DNA from: Naegleria gruberi
Taxonomy: Eukaryota
NCBI GenBank assembly: GCA_000004985.1
Contig: GG738898.1
DNA: 64,000 bases
Reading direction: 5' to 3' (one strand)
A model generated the notes under the pieces. That model was not told the DNA's origin. It saw only the letters and a program-made list of their open reading frames with translations, and ran no database searches. Of this stretch, positions 1-10,092 are shown piece after piece; position 1 is the first letter of the stretch, and every line of letters begins with the position of its first letter. The translations under genes and the position numbers were made by a program.

Positions 1-795
1 NNNNNNNNNNNNNNNNNNNNNNNNNNNNNNNNNNNNNNNNNNNNNNNNNNNNNNNNNNNNNNNNNNNNNNNNNNNNNNNNNNNNNNNNNNNNNNNNNNNN
101 NNNNNNNNNNNNNNNNNNNNNNNNNNNNNNNNNNNNNNNNNNNNNNNNNNNNNNNNNNNNNNNNNNNNNNNNNNNNNNNNNNNNNNNNNNNNNNNNNNNN
201 NNNNNNNNNNNNNNNNNNNNNNNNNNNNNNNNNNNNNNNNNNNNNNNNNNNNNNNNNNNNNNNNNNNNNNNNNNNNNNNNNNNNNNNNNNNNNNNNNNNN
301 NNNNNNNNNNNNNNNNNNNNNNNNNNNNNNNNNNNNNNNNNNNNNNNNNNNNNNNNNNNNNNNNNNNNNNNNNNNNNNNNNNNNNNNNNNNNNNNNNNNN
401 NNNNNNNNNNNNNNNNNNNNNNNNNNNNNNNNNNNNNNNNNNNNNNNNNNNNNNNNNNNNNNNNNNNNNNNNNNNNNNNNNNNNNNNNNNNNNNNNNNNN
501 NNNNNNNNNNNNNNNNNNNNNNNNNNNNNNNNNNNNNNNNNNNNNNNNNNNNNNNNNNNNNNNNNNNNNNNNNNNNNNNNNNNNNNNNNNNNNNNNNNNN
601 NNNNNNNNNNNNNNNNNNNNNNNNNNNNNNNNNNNNNNNNNNNNNNNNNNNNNNNNNNNNNNNNNNNNNNNNNNNNNNNNNNNNNNNNNNNNNNNNNNNN
701 NNNNNNNNNNNNNNNNNNNNNNNNNNNNNNNNNNNNNNNNNNNNNNNNNNNNNNNNNNNNNNNNNNNNNNNNNNNNNNNNNNNNNNNNNNNNNNN
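1..795. other. Assembly gap (N-run) at the window start
   Basis: 795 consecutive n characters. The next feature's ORF is open into it. Confidence 0.99.
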
Positions 796-1464
796 CTGTT
801 ACTGTGCTTCACATTTGGTCAAGGTTATTCATTTGGTCAACCAATTAAACCAGGTGCTCAATCAATTGATACACCAGGTAGAGTTACTTGTTCAGATTCA
901 GTGATTGTTTCGAATTCATTGATTATTATCTATGCTAAGGTAGTAATGATTAAGAAACCAAGAATTGATTCTCTCACCAATGGAGAAAGAGTAGAAAGTG
1001 AAGTTTCCAGAGGATTTGGAAAGTATGCCAATATTGGACCAATTACACCAAACATCTGTGTTACTTTCACTGGTTCAGTTACAAGAAACCCGTTGACTAT
1101 TTACATGCTGCAACAAGAATTCAGCAAGAATAGAGATTATGCTTCTCCTGATTATTACACAACTGCTATCACACTTCCAGTTGGTCATAATGTTGAAGCC
1201 AAATTCTGTACCAATGAAACCTACTTTAACGAAGTTGGTCAGCTCAAACAAGAATTGGATTTTGCCTTCTTGTCAGAAATTCCAGAAACTGTAAGTGAAT
1301 TTGTATTGACTTCTTCCATTAGCACTGGAGGTAATACTGCAGGTACTGTTGTTGGTGTACTTTTTGCTCTTGGTATTGTGTATGTTATTTGTGGTGGTTT
1401 GATCACTGCTGGTATTATCTATTGGAAAAAGAAGAGAGTCAATTATGACACCATCACTGAATAA
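796..1464 (+). CDS. 3' part of a gene for a single-pass membrane protein; the 5' end is lost in the gap
   Basis: The reading frame is open from the first base after the N-run (796) to the TAA at 1462-1464. The C-terminal hydrophobic segment GTVVGVLFALGIVYVICGGLITAGIIYW is followed by a basic KKKR stop-transfer sequence. No recognisable catalytic domain. Confidence 0.55.
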   Translation: MLLCFTFGQGYSFGQPIKPGAQSIDTPGRVTCSDSVIVSNSLIIIYAKVVMIKKPRIDSLTNGERVESEVSRGFGKYANIGPITPNICVTFTGSVTRNPLTIYMLQQEFSKNRDYASPDYYTTAITLPVGHNVEAKFCTNETYFNEVGQLKQELDFAFLSEIPETVSEFVLTSSISTGGNTAGTVVGVLFALGIVYVICGGLITAGIIYWKKKRVNYDTITE

Positions 1465-2619
1465 AACCATAAAGAAATTCAAATTAATTGTTATCTTGAT
1501 CATTCCGATAATTTCCACCTCCTTCTCTTACTCATTCAATTTGATATTGAATTCTAAACATGTCCATTATCCAACAGTGTACATTTTCCAATTAGGAAAA
1601 AAATGGTTGTTATTTTAATCGTGGTATAAATAATTTTTTAACTGACAAACAAAACCATCATATAGGAAAAGTCTAGACTAACAATCTAAGGATTGTCTAC
1701 TTGATTGTTGTTGCTATTAAGAGTTAATTCTTGGCCTCTAATAATTCTAATAACTGTAACTGCAGCAAAGGAAGTACAAAAAATTCTCGCAACAAGAATT
1801 TTGGAGACAAAAAAAATTGTGGCTCAGATGGCTCCTCTAAAAGGAACCGGAAAACGTGTTCTTTGCTTCAACAACTTTAAAAAAACTACACAACAACCAC
1901 TACCATCATCATGAATACATCACCACTTCCTCGTACTCCTTGCTCTCCAAGTGATCAATCCCATCATCACTCGAATTGTTCACAAATTTCTAGGACAAAC
2001 ACTTCAATTTTATCTTCCTATCCACACAAAATCTACACAATACAGATTGTGCCTTCCATAAAACCAGAAAAATCAGAGAATAACTCAGAGTCTCTGAATG
2101 GACCTGGATTTTACTTCAAGAAGGTTTGTCCAACGAAATCAACACAAAAGACAATAAGAAATAATTTGAGGGAGAGTATCCAAAGATCAACAGACAAGAT
2201 TACAAAGAAAAGAAAAATGTAGCTACTGTTGTACCCTAAATGTATTTTGAAATTGAAATAAATAAAAGTCATGTATTTTAAATTATTATTGAATAATATT
2301 TATTATGTCAGCAATACTTTCCTCGTTCTGTCAGTCAGATTTCTTCTTGCACTTGGGGTTTGTTTCAACAGCCCAATGAAGCAATGCTTGGTCTAAGAAT
2401 GAAACGATAGTTAAATATCCTTATTTGCCCTCTCCAATTACGACATAATCAGTGTAACTTTTGCCTTTGATAGGGATCAATCAGTTACTCCAATGCAATG
2501 AAAAGGATCTCATCTTCATTCATCAATTGAATCATAATGTTGTTAATGTTAATCAAATCCAGGGTAGAAAAGTTGCTCACATCAGACATATCAAGGACTT
2601 AATTTCATCTTGAATGTAT

Positions 2620-2691
2620 TCCCGTGTAGTCCAATGGCTAGGATACCTGGCTTTCACCCAGGAGGTCCGGGTTCAATTCCCGGCATGGGAG
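2620..2691 (+). tRNA. tRNA-Glu (anticodon TTC)
   Basis: The 72-nt sequence TCCCGTGTAGTCCAATGGCTAGGATACCTGGCTTTCACCCAGGAGGTCCGGGTTCAATTCCCGGCATGGGAG folds as a cloverleaf. The acceptor stem is TCCCGTG/CATGGGA with one G-T pair. The D-arm, the anticodon stem CCTGG/CCAGG with loop CTTTCAC, and the T-arm CCGGG-TTCAATT-CCCGG are all present. CCA is not encoded, as expected for a eukaryote. Confidence 0.85.
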
Positions 2692-3359
2692 AATAATTTT
2701 GATTTTGGGTTCGAATTCGTGTTCAACAATGAAGAATCGAATAATAGCATTACCCGATCGAAAGTACCAGGCTTGGATTGGTAGTATTTTTGCTTCATTG
2801 TCAACTTATAATAAAATGTGCATAAGGAAAGAGGAGTATGATGAAACTGGACCAAATATCGTTCATAGAAAGTGAATCGAATAAATATCACAGAAATGCT
2901 TCATTAATGATTGACGCCTTATCTTCCAACAACATATTTCCATCAACTACTGTAGACCAAAGATAATTTTATTTATGGAAGACTTCCAATATTCACTTCA
3001 GATCTTTCTTCAAGAAATTTCGAGCAAATTGATTTAAAGTGTTGTAAGAGATATATTGATTATTTCGAAAGTTTAAAACAGAACAGTATTGGACGAAAAA
3101 GATGAAAGAAAAATAATTTTCAATGTCAAAGCAAAAGAATGTAAGGTAGAACCATTTACAATATACACATACCGCATTCACCAACCTTGGTTAGTTTTGG
3201 AGCTTATTCGAGCTTTGAAGGATTTTTGAATGTTGAATTTGAATGGAAATTGTTGGGTGAATTCTCTGGTTTAACAATGTTAGTGATTGATTACGATCGG
3301 AACACATTAGGTGCTGTCCATGGTACGAAATTATTGCATCACGTTTTAAAAGAAATTTT

Positions 3360-4706
3360 CTACCAATCAACCTCTTTGTAATTCTTGTATAATTTTCCAT
3401 ACTTGAAACTTCCAGAAAGGATAGGGTGCAGAACTCTGAAGGCAGCATCAAGATCAGTAAGAGGAGGAGCTCTATATGCAGGTAAAGCAGAGGATACCCA
3501 ACCAGTATCTACACTATTCACCAAAATTCCATTTCTAGCATAATATTCGCTGCAACTCCTCGTTAGCATATTTAGACTTGCCTTACTAGTATTGGTTTGA
3601 ATATGACTATCAGATTTCCCACTCGTCTCAAATTGTCCCTCATGAGAAGTGACATTGATTATAAAACTATGCCCAAAACGAACTGAATGATGGATGTCAT
3701 TTTCTTCTAAATCTTGGCTGTCATCATATGATGGTTTCATAATTTCAAACAACTCTGAAGCTAGAATGGTTGGAGAAACGGTATTAATCATTTGAGATTC
3801 TACAATTTCAGTGACGGATACATCAGAAAGCTTCTCATTCCAAGAGTTTGTAGGCCTATAATCGACTTGTTCTCCCCAAATATCTTTTTCACCTTTAGGA
3901 AAGTAATCATAAGTCAATGACGCATCATCTAATCTGGTTTCAGTTGACTTGGTAATTTCAATAGATTTCTCGATAAGGTTTGAATCATTTTCATGAATAA
4001 TTGGCATGGCACTTTCTTCACTTTTGGTCAGGTACTTTTGTTCAGACTTTAACAGTGATTTGTAGTATTCTAGTGGCCGTTTTACAGTCTGGGCAGCATT
4101 GTTAATTAATATATGGATTTGTTTGAAATTCTTCTTGATATATTGAGTGAAATCAATAACTGACTTTCCATCTTTGAGATTTAGTGGGTATATCAATAAT
4201 CTATCGTACCACTCAGAAAAGTCTTTACATTTCTTAAACTTTAACAGAGCGTCAGATGCAAATCTGGTTTCTTTTGTAAAATATATAGTTAAAAATACTT
4301 ACCTAGTAGTAACAATAACTTTCGCACCCAACCTCAACAAAACGAGAGCAGTTTGAAGACCAATCTTGATTCTCCCTCCAGTTACAATGGCTGCCTTATC
4401 ACAAAGAAGATTACTGGGATATGAGTATTCTCTAATTGCGTCATTGAAATGATTACAATGTGAGCACATGGAATGTCTATTATCTAGATGTTTTTCTCCT
4501 CCTCTCCTATTCGTGACACTGTACTTGCGTTGAGTTTTGTAATGAATATATTTACCACATAAATAGCATTTGAAGAAGTTGTACTTTTCTCGTAGATGAC
4601 TCTCAAAATATCCCTCAAGAAAGTAATGAGAGAGATCAACACTGAATAACTGTCTCAAAGATTTTACAAAATAGTGAATATCCTCTGTGGTAATGTGGTG
4701 CTTAAT
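3360..4706 (-). CDS. Short-chain dehydrogenase/reductase (SDR) with a Cys/His-rich N-terminal extension. It has 2 exons, and its 5' end runs into the gap.
   Basis: The Rossmann motif AAIVTGGRIKIGLQTALVLLRLGAKVIVTTR lies at 4303..4400 on the minus strand. The exon ends AG|GTAAGT with the donor at 4302. A 39-nt intron spans 4264..4302 and ends AAACCAG. Exon 2 (3360..4263) continues FASDALLKF...HILINNAAQT (the NNAG motif) and ...NVTSHEG...TSKASLNMLTRS (a degenerate YxxxK region). Upstream of the Rossmann fold there are about 130 aa containing CYLCGKY...CSHCNH. The ORF is open into the N-run at 4707. Confidence 0.75.
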
Positions 4707-4895
4707 NNNNNNNNNNNNNNNNNNNNNNNNNNNNNNNNNNNNNNNNNNNNNNNNNNNNNNNNNNNNNNNNNNNNNNNNNNNNNNNNNNNNNNNNNNNNNN
4801 NNNNNNNNNNNNNNNNNNNNNNNNNNNNNNNNNNNNNNNNNNNNNNNNNNNNNNNNNNNNNNNNNNNNNNNNNNNNNNNNNNNNNNNNNNNNNNN
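4707..4895. other. Assembly gap (189 N) removing the 5' ends of two divergent genes
   Basis: N-run. Both flanking ORFs read away from the gap and are open into it. Confidence 0.99.
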
Positions 4896-6843
4896 ATCAC
4901 TCTCTAATAAGGCGCTCAATCTTGGTGGTACATTCTACCTTCCATATAGACACCACTATTCTGTAGAACAATTATTGGAGGCATATCCTTCCTTTACTGA
5001 GTTTGTCGGTTTCAAAAAGTACCTAGATCCAAACAGAGTCTTTAATAATATGTGGTTTGATAACTATTCAAAGCTTGTGGAAAATAAGTTTGGAACCATT
5101 AGCCCAAAGCCAATTTCTATTTCTCCATTTGTTAGTTTATTCCCAAACAACAACACTTTCATCAATAACAAGAATTATCATTTTATGACTAGTTTGGGTA
5201 AACAAGTTAACCAGAGTAGAGTTTTTGATTTTTTGAGATATGTCTTTCCAGTAGTTGATGCTAAAGAATTCCAAAGATTTCTTTTGATAAATAAGCAGCT
5301 AGACGACAAGCAACTTTACAACTTAATTCAATCAAATTACCTTAATTCAAACATTTCAAAAGCGAAGATATTATTTAATCTTGTAAGATATAACACGTTC
5401 ATACTTGCTAAAGAAATTGAAAGGCAAATATCTGAATTACTTGAAAGCAATATCCTTCACAATAGAAAGTTTGATGGCCAGTTGACCATTGGAGATTGTG
5501 GAAGATTTACAAATTTATTGAAGAAGAAATTCAAAGTTAGTGGCTCATCCTTTGTAGTCAATGATAAAGAAAGAGCAACCGATGTATTAGAGAGGAAATC
5601 TTTAACACCAGTCGGTAAATTTGTACCATATGATCAATTACACGATATTCCTTCTAATAGTGTAGATTTAATAACTTGTTTCATAGGATTGCATCACTAC
5701 ACTGACACAGAACTAAACTTGTACATGAAAGAACTCAAAAGAATTCTTAGACCTAATGGAATATTTATTTTGAGAGAGCACGATGTGGACAACGAACACA
5801 TGGAATCTATGGTTCATGTAGCTCACAATATTTTCAATGCCCTGACAGGTTTGACATTTGAGGATAATGAGAAGGAATTCAGACACTTCAGATCTATGAA
5901 AGAATGGAATAGCATTTGCAAATCATTTGGATTTTACAACTTGGAAAATTATCAACTTCAACATGGCGACTCCACAATAGATTTAATGACTGCCTACGTT
6001 AATGAAAAAGATGGTGATCATGCATCCACAAATGTCACCAATCCTATTGATAGTTCTATTGGAAATTTGATGAATATTACAGATAAGGATTACAAAAGAG
6101 ATCAAAACAAGACAGATTTTACCATACCAGAGTGGTTCACAGTTGAAATTGTTCAACACATGGGACGCTTCTTGCAACATACTCCTTGGTATGATTATCC
6201 ATATAATCATACTATTTCCAAATTCTGGAAACTCTTCTTCAACTCTTGTACAAGAGTAATGAAGAGGGATGGATTGAAACAAGTCTTTGCAGGATACTTC
6301 TTTATGAATCTGACTATTGGAGCTATTTCATCCATACTCCTTGCACAAATGGGTATTTTGGCAATGCTTCCTCGTTTTGGATCAAAATTCTTCAATAATA
6401 CAACTGCCAATATTACAACTATTCAGGCAATTATTTCTGCTAAGGAAGATATAAGATCCACCCTTGAAAAATGTGACATTCACATCATTAATGAAACTAT
6501 GAATGACAAGAGAGAATATCTTTATCATGTCAAATTACCAAGATTCCTCCCATTCACACAATCACTTCAACACCTCGCAAAACAAACTCCATATGCACAA
6601 CTAGAGGAAATTGCTGGCAATCAAATGGTCAATGTTAAAATCACTATCAGAAATCCAAACATTATCAAATTCAGCTCCCTTGTCAAGTGCCAAGAAATTG
6701 AAAATTATCAAGTTGTACCAAATAATGAGCATCACAACGAGACTGTCATTATCTATTCTGTCTCTGTAAAAAATCTAATTCAATTTTTGAGAGAAGCAAT
6801 GAATCAGACTGGACTAGAACAAATCCAGATTCATGATTTTTAA
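4896..6843 (+). CDS. 5'-truncated multidomain protein combining a sugar-1,4-lactone-oxidase (ALO/GULO)-like FAD-oxidase C-terminal tail, a class I SAM-dependent methyltransferase-like domain and a long C-terminal region
   Basis: The ORF is open from the first base after the gap. The N-terminal ...LGGTFYLPYRHHYSVEQLLEAYPSFTEFVGFKKYLDPNRVFNNMWFDNY matches the conserved C-terminal end of ALO/GULO-type FAD-linked oxidases (YP.F.EF...R..LDP.G.F.N.Y). Downstream methyltransferase motifs are TIGDCGRFT (motif I-like), VVNDKERA (acidic motif II) and VDLITCFIGLHHYTD...LKRILRPNGIFILREHDV (motifs III/IV). A hydrophobic stretch AGYFFMNLTIGAISSILLAQMGILAML follows. Stop at 6841-6843. Confidence 0.6.
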
Positions 6844-7085
6844 ATTTGTAGTGGAAACGTTTATTAATTAATAAAATTGGCTTACAAGCAATCTATTAAG
6901 GATTTAATATTAGAAATATTAGGGCAGTCAACAACAAAATTTGGAACAGAAATTTATTTCCATTATTCGACATAATAGTTCAAAAAGATTGGTTAGCTGA
7001 TGAGAACTTTGTTGAGAAATTACCAATAATTGATTTTGAAAAGTTGCCAGACAATATTAGATAGATATACAAACCAAACATATTT

Positions 7086-7872
7086 TTGAAAGCACTGAAA
7101 AATCCAATGTTGAAATACGAAACAATTCTAAAGGATGTTCAAAATTTGAATCAAGATCCAAAGAAAAATAAGAAATTGATCCAAGCTCTAATCGAACGCT
7201 TTCCAAAATCATTGCAGATCTTTAAAGATCCACTTGATTTAAATACAAATCTCATAATGAAGGTCCTAGCACGTGATGGTACTGCTATTCGATTCCTACC
7301 AGAAAGTTGGAGAAATGATCAAATAGTGTTACAGGCAGTTAAGAGTATTCCAAATGCTCTTGAATTTGCATCTGACGAATTGAAAAACAAATTTAAAATT
7401 GTTAAGGCGGCTTGTAGACTCAAGCAAATTCCTCCGTCGTGGAATTGTCAAATTTACAGATGAATCATTGAAGAAGGATAAGGATTTTATCATTCAATTA
7501 TGGAGCTTCCTTGATCCACCTCTCGATTTTATGAAAGAGTTTCCACTAACGATGGAGGATTATATTGAAAGTGTGAAATTGAAAAATGGTCCCTTTTCGA
7601 ATTTGAGTGAGGAACTGAGATGCAACAGGGAATTTGTCAAGAAAATTGTTACAATTATTCATCCTTACAGATTTTGGACGTTACTGCCACTGTCTATTCA
7701 ATCAGATAAGGAAATAGTTCTACTAGCCATTCAGCATGGTCTGAGCCCATTTTTCTTGCATAAAGAAATGAAGGATGATCCATACGTTTCCAAAATATTA
7801 GTGGAAAAGTATCTAAATGCATCAGATATTGAATTGATATATGATAAATTTCATCGAAGCTTGTTTGAATAA
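7086..7872 (+). CDS. DUF4116-repeat protein interrupted by a 1-nt frameshift near 7430-7445 (assembly indel or pseudogene)
   Basis: Two overlapping ORFs, 7086..7463 and 7399..7872, in different frames both carry DUF4116-type repeats: IVLQAVKSIPNALEFASDELKNKFKIVKAA, then VKFTDESLKKDKDFIIQLWS and DKEIVLLAIQHGLSPFFLHKEMKDD. The repeat register continues only if the frame shifts between ...RLKQIPPS and IVKFTDESL. No GT-AG intron fits this position. Confidence 0.6.
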
Positions 7873-7895
7873 TAATATAATAAATTGCAGTGTTT

Positions 7896-9008
7896 TTAAG
7901 CCCATCTTAATAAAACCTCTGCTGCTTTCTTTGTTTCTGGATTCTTTATCTTGCTGAATAGGGATCGAGCTTTTTCTAAATCTTTTGGAACTCCTTCCCC
8001 ACCGTTCAAATAAATAGCTCCAAGATTAAAAAGGGAATTATCATTACCTTGATCGGCTGCTTTTTGTAACCAATAAATAGCTTTGGCTTTGTCTTCTTTA
8101 ACTCCTGTTCCCATATTGTACATGGCCCCCAGGTTATTCTGTGCTGATACATCACCTTTGTTAGCCAGTTGCTCGAGCCAGTTCACATCTGTTGAATAAT
8201 CCTTCTTGCTTATCTCATGTAGAGCTGCAATAGAACCTTGAAAACCTTGACTGGCAGCTTTTTCTAACCATTGAATTCCAATTTGATAATCCTGTTTAAC
8301 CCCAATTCCATTAAAGTACATTATTCCAACATTGTGTTGTGAGTGAACATATCCTCCTTCTGCTGATTTCAAGTACCAATCAAAGGCAGTAAATGGGTTC
8401 TTCTCTACTGCATCCCCTCTTGCATAAAAACCACCCAAGTTATATTGAGCTTTTGCATATCCATTATCAGACGCTTTTTTGAACCAATACAATGCCTTTG
8501 ACTTGTCACCAATCGCAAGATATTGGACCCCAAGATTATTCTGTGCTTTTACGTGGTTTTGATTGGCTGATTTTTCAAAAAACTGCAGTGCTATTTCAAT
8601 ATTTTTAGGCACACCCAAACCTTCCTGGTACAAGTAACCCAAATTAAATTGAGCTTCTGAATTATTTTGTTCAGCCGATTTCTCATACCAATAGACAGCT
8701 TTCTTATAATCAATGTCAACTCCAGTTCCATTTTGATAAGCAGCTCCAAGATTATTCTGTGCTATGGAATCTCCTGTATCAGCTTGTAGTTGAAGTAATT
8801 CAAGAGATGATTTGTTGGGTGATGATTTGAAAAAATTCATAAAGCCTAATCCCTTTGATGAAGCATGAAACGATCTAATGTTTAAATTAGTATTAATATT
8901 ATTATTGATTACAGCAAATGGTAATGAACATTCCGAGAATTTTGTCATCAAAGGCTTTGGTAAAAACTTTGAATTCAACAAGAAGGCTGTCTTTTTGATT
9001 GCTCTCAT
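7896..9008 (-). CDS. Sel1-like (TPR-family) repeat protein, about 8 repeats, with an N-terminal presequence-like region
   Basis: An uninterrupted 370-aa ORF with repeated A.(N/Q)NLG.(M/L)Y..G.GV..D..KA..W(Y/F).KAA.QG motifs, for example AQNNLGAAYQNGTGVDIDYKKAVYWYEKSAEQN. The N-terminus MRAIKKTAFLLNSKFLPKPL is basic and hydroxylated. Confidence 0.9.
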   Translation of the reverse strand: MRAIKKTAFLLNSKFLPKPLMTKFSECSLPFAVINNNINTNLNIRSFHASSKGLGFMNFFKSSPNKSSLELLQLQADTGDSIAQNNLGAAYQNGTGVDIDYKKAVYWYEKSAEQNNSEAQFNLGYLYQEGLGVPKNIEIALQFFEKSANQNHVKAQNNLGVQYLAIGDKSKALYWFKKASDNGYAKAQYNLGGFYARGDAVEKNPFTAFDWYLKSAEGGYVHSQHNVGIMYFNGIGVKQDYQIGIQWLEKAASQGFQGSIAALHEISKKDYSTDVNWLEQLANKGDVSAQNNLGAMYNMGTGVKEDKAKAIYWLQKAADQGNDNSLFNLGAIYLNGGEGVPKDLEKARSLFSKIKNPETKKAAEVLLRWA

Positions 9009-9209
9009 TTTTTAACAATATTAATTTATTAAATTGATTGAAAAATTAAAAAAATTATAAAGCTTGCGCGCTTATTTTACTGAACGGATTTTTGAAAATT
9101 AAAATCGAATAGTTTGGCGCCAAATGATTACAGCACTAAAAAACGTTACCATCATCTTTAAAAAAAATACCTCAACACACTATCTTCTCAACCCAACGAC
9201 ACCAATACA

Positions 9210-10076
9210 ATGAATACATCACTCCATACACCAAAGAAGAATAGTCAGTTCTCTGTTGGCTCTCCTCCTCAACCAAATTCTATTCAACAATCATCAATTG
9301 CCTCTGTCGGATCACCTTCAACTTCTGCTTCTCTATTGACTGGCATTGATTTTAAGGCTATTGAGGATATGGATCCATCGTTAGCAGAAGGACATAGAAC
9401 AATCTTTGATAAGGAAATACCAATTGAATTACGTACTCAAGATCAAAATGAGTCTGACAATGATCTAGGAACCCTTGAAGCTATCAGAGTTAAAATCCTC
9501 ATCTTGGAAGGAGAACACGAAGACGAGGCTCATGTAAAGTTGGAACTTACTTCCGAGTCTGATCTTTTCTTCCATTATTCTCACACTGTTGGAAGACAAC
9601 AATTTATTGGCCTGCAACAATCCCAAAAGTTGATGGTTGATTTCCCAAATTATCCAAAAATGTTGAGCAAGATGTTGAATGCTTGTGTCAAGGAACCAGA
9701 AAGTTTCTTATGTATCTTGATTATGGAAAGAGATGGAAAAGGATTGCTTAATTTTGTTCAAAATATGGAATACAAGGTAAGTGTTTGAGAATCATTGAAA
9801 ATTTAACAATGTCAGTTTGTGGAATTACTGAGTTTGGAATTGAGTGAAAGTCCAGAACATGTTATTCGTCAACATATTTCATTCAGATATAACAGTATGA
9901 GGTCAAGAGTTGCTATCCTCAACGCTAGATTGCAAGAAGTTTCCAACATTATTAAGATTAAGAACCCATCCCTGTTGTTGCACTTAAGTCGTGCTGTAAC
10001 AGGAGCCCAAACAAGTCTTTCTGCTCCATCATCCTCCTATTTAAATACTCAACAACCTGTACAAAAGAAGAAATAA
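9210..10076 (+). CDS. SAS-6-like protein (PISA-type head domain, no long coiled-coil). It has 2 exons with a 39-nt intron at 9777..9815.
   Basis: Exon 1 ends ...NMEYK, with the donor GTAAGTG at 9777. The acceptor is CAG at 9813-9815, and the intron is 39 nt with an in-frame stop. Exon 2 begins FVELLSLELSE in the same frame. The core DLFFHYSHTVGRQQFIGLQQSQKLMVDFPNYPKMLSKMLNAC matches the SAS-6 head-domain signature (D.FFLY..v.eEdFq.LK.qQ.L.VDF..FP..li.LL..C). The protein is only about 277 aa, like SAS6L paralogs rather than canonical SAS-6. Confidence 0.6.
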
Positions 10077-10092
10077 ACTAGGGACAATCTTT

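Noticed and set aside
1705-2222. Two adjacent small plus-strand ORFs (1705..1914 and 1911..2222)
   Set aside because: No domain and a compositionally biased Ser/Thr/Lys-rich translation. No splice pattern joins them. Transcript evidence would be needed, so they are not annotated.
2673-2891. 72-aa minus-strand ORF overlapping the 3' end of tRNA-Glu. Similar cases are ORF 62048..62257 over tRNA-Ala and ORF 36772..36972 over tRNA-Pro.
   Set aside because: Each overlaps a well-folded tRNA gene and has low-complexity translation. These are chance ORFs.
7425-7448. Candidate 24-nt GT...CAG micro-intron to reconcile the two DUF4116 frames
   Set aside because: It is too short and does not restore the reading frame. 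A 1-nt indel explains the repeat register.
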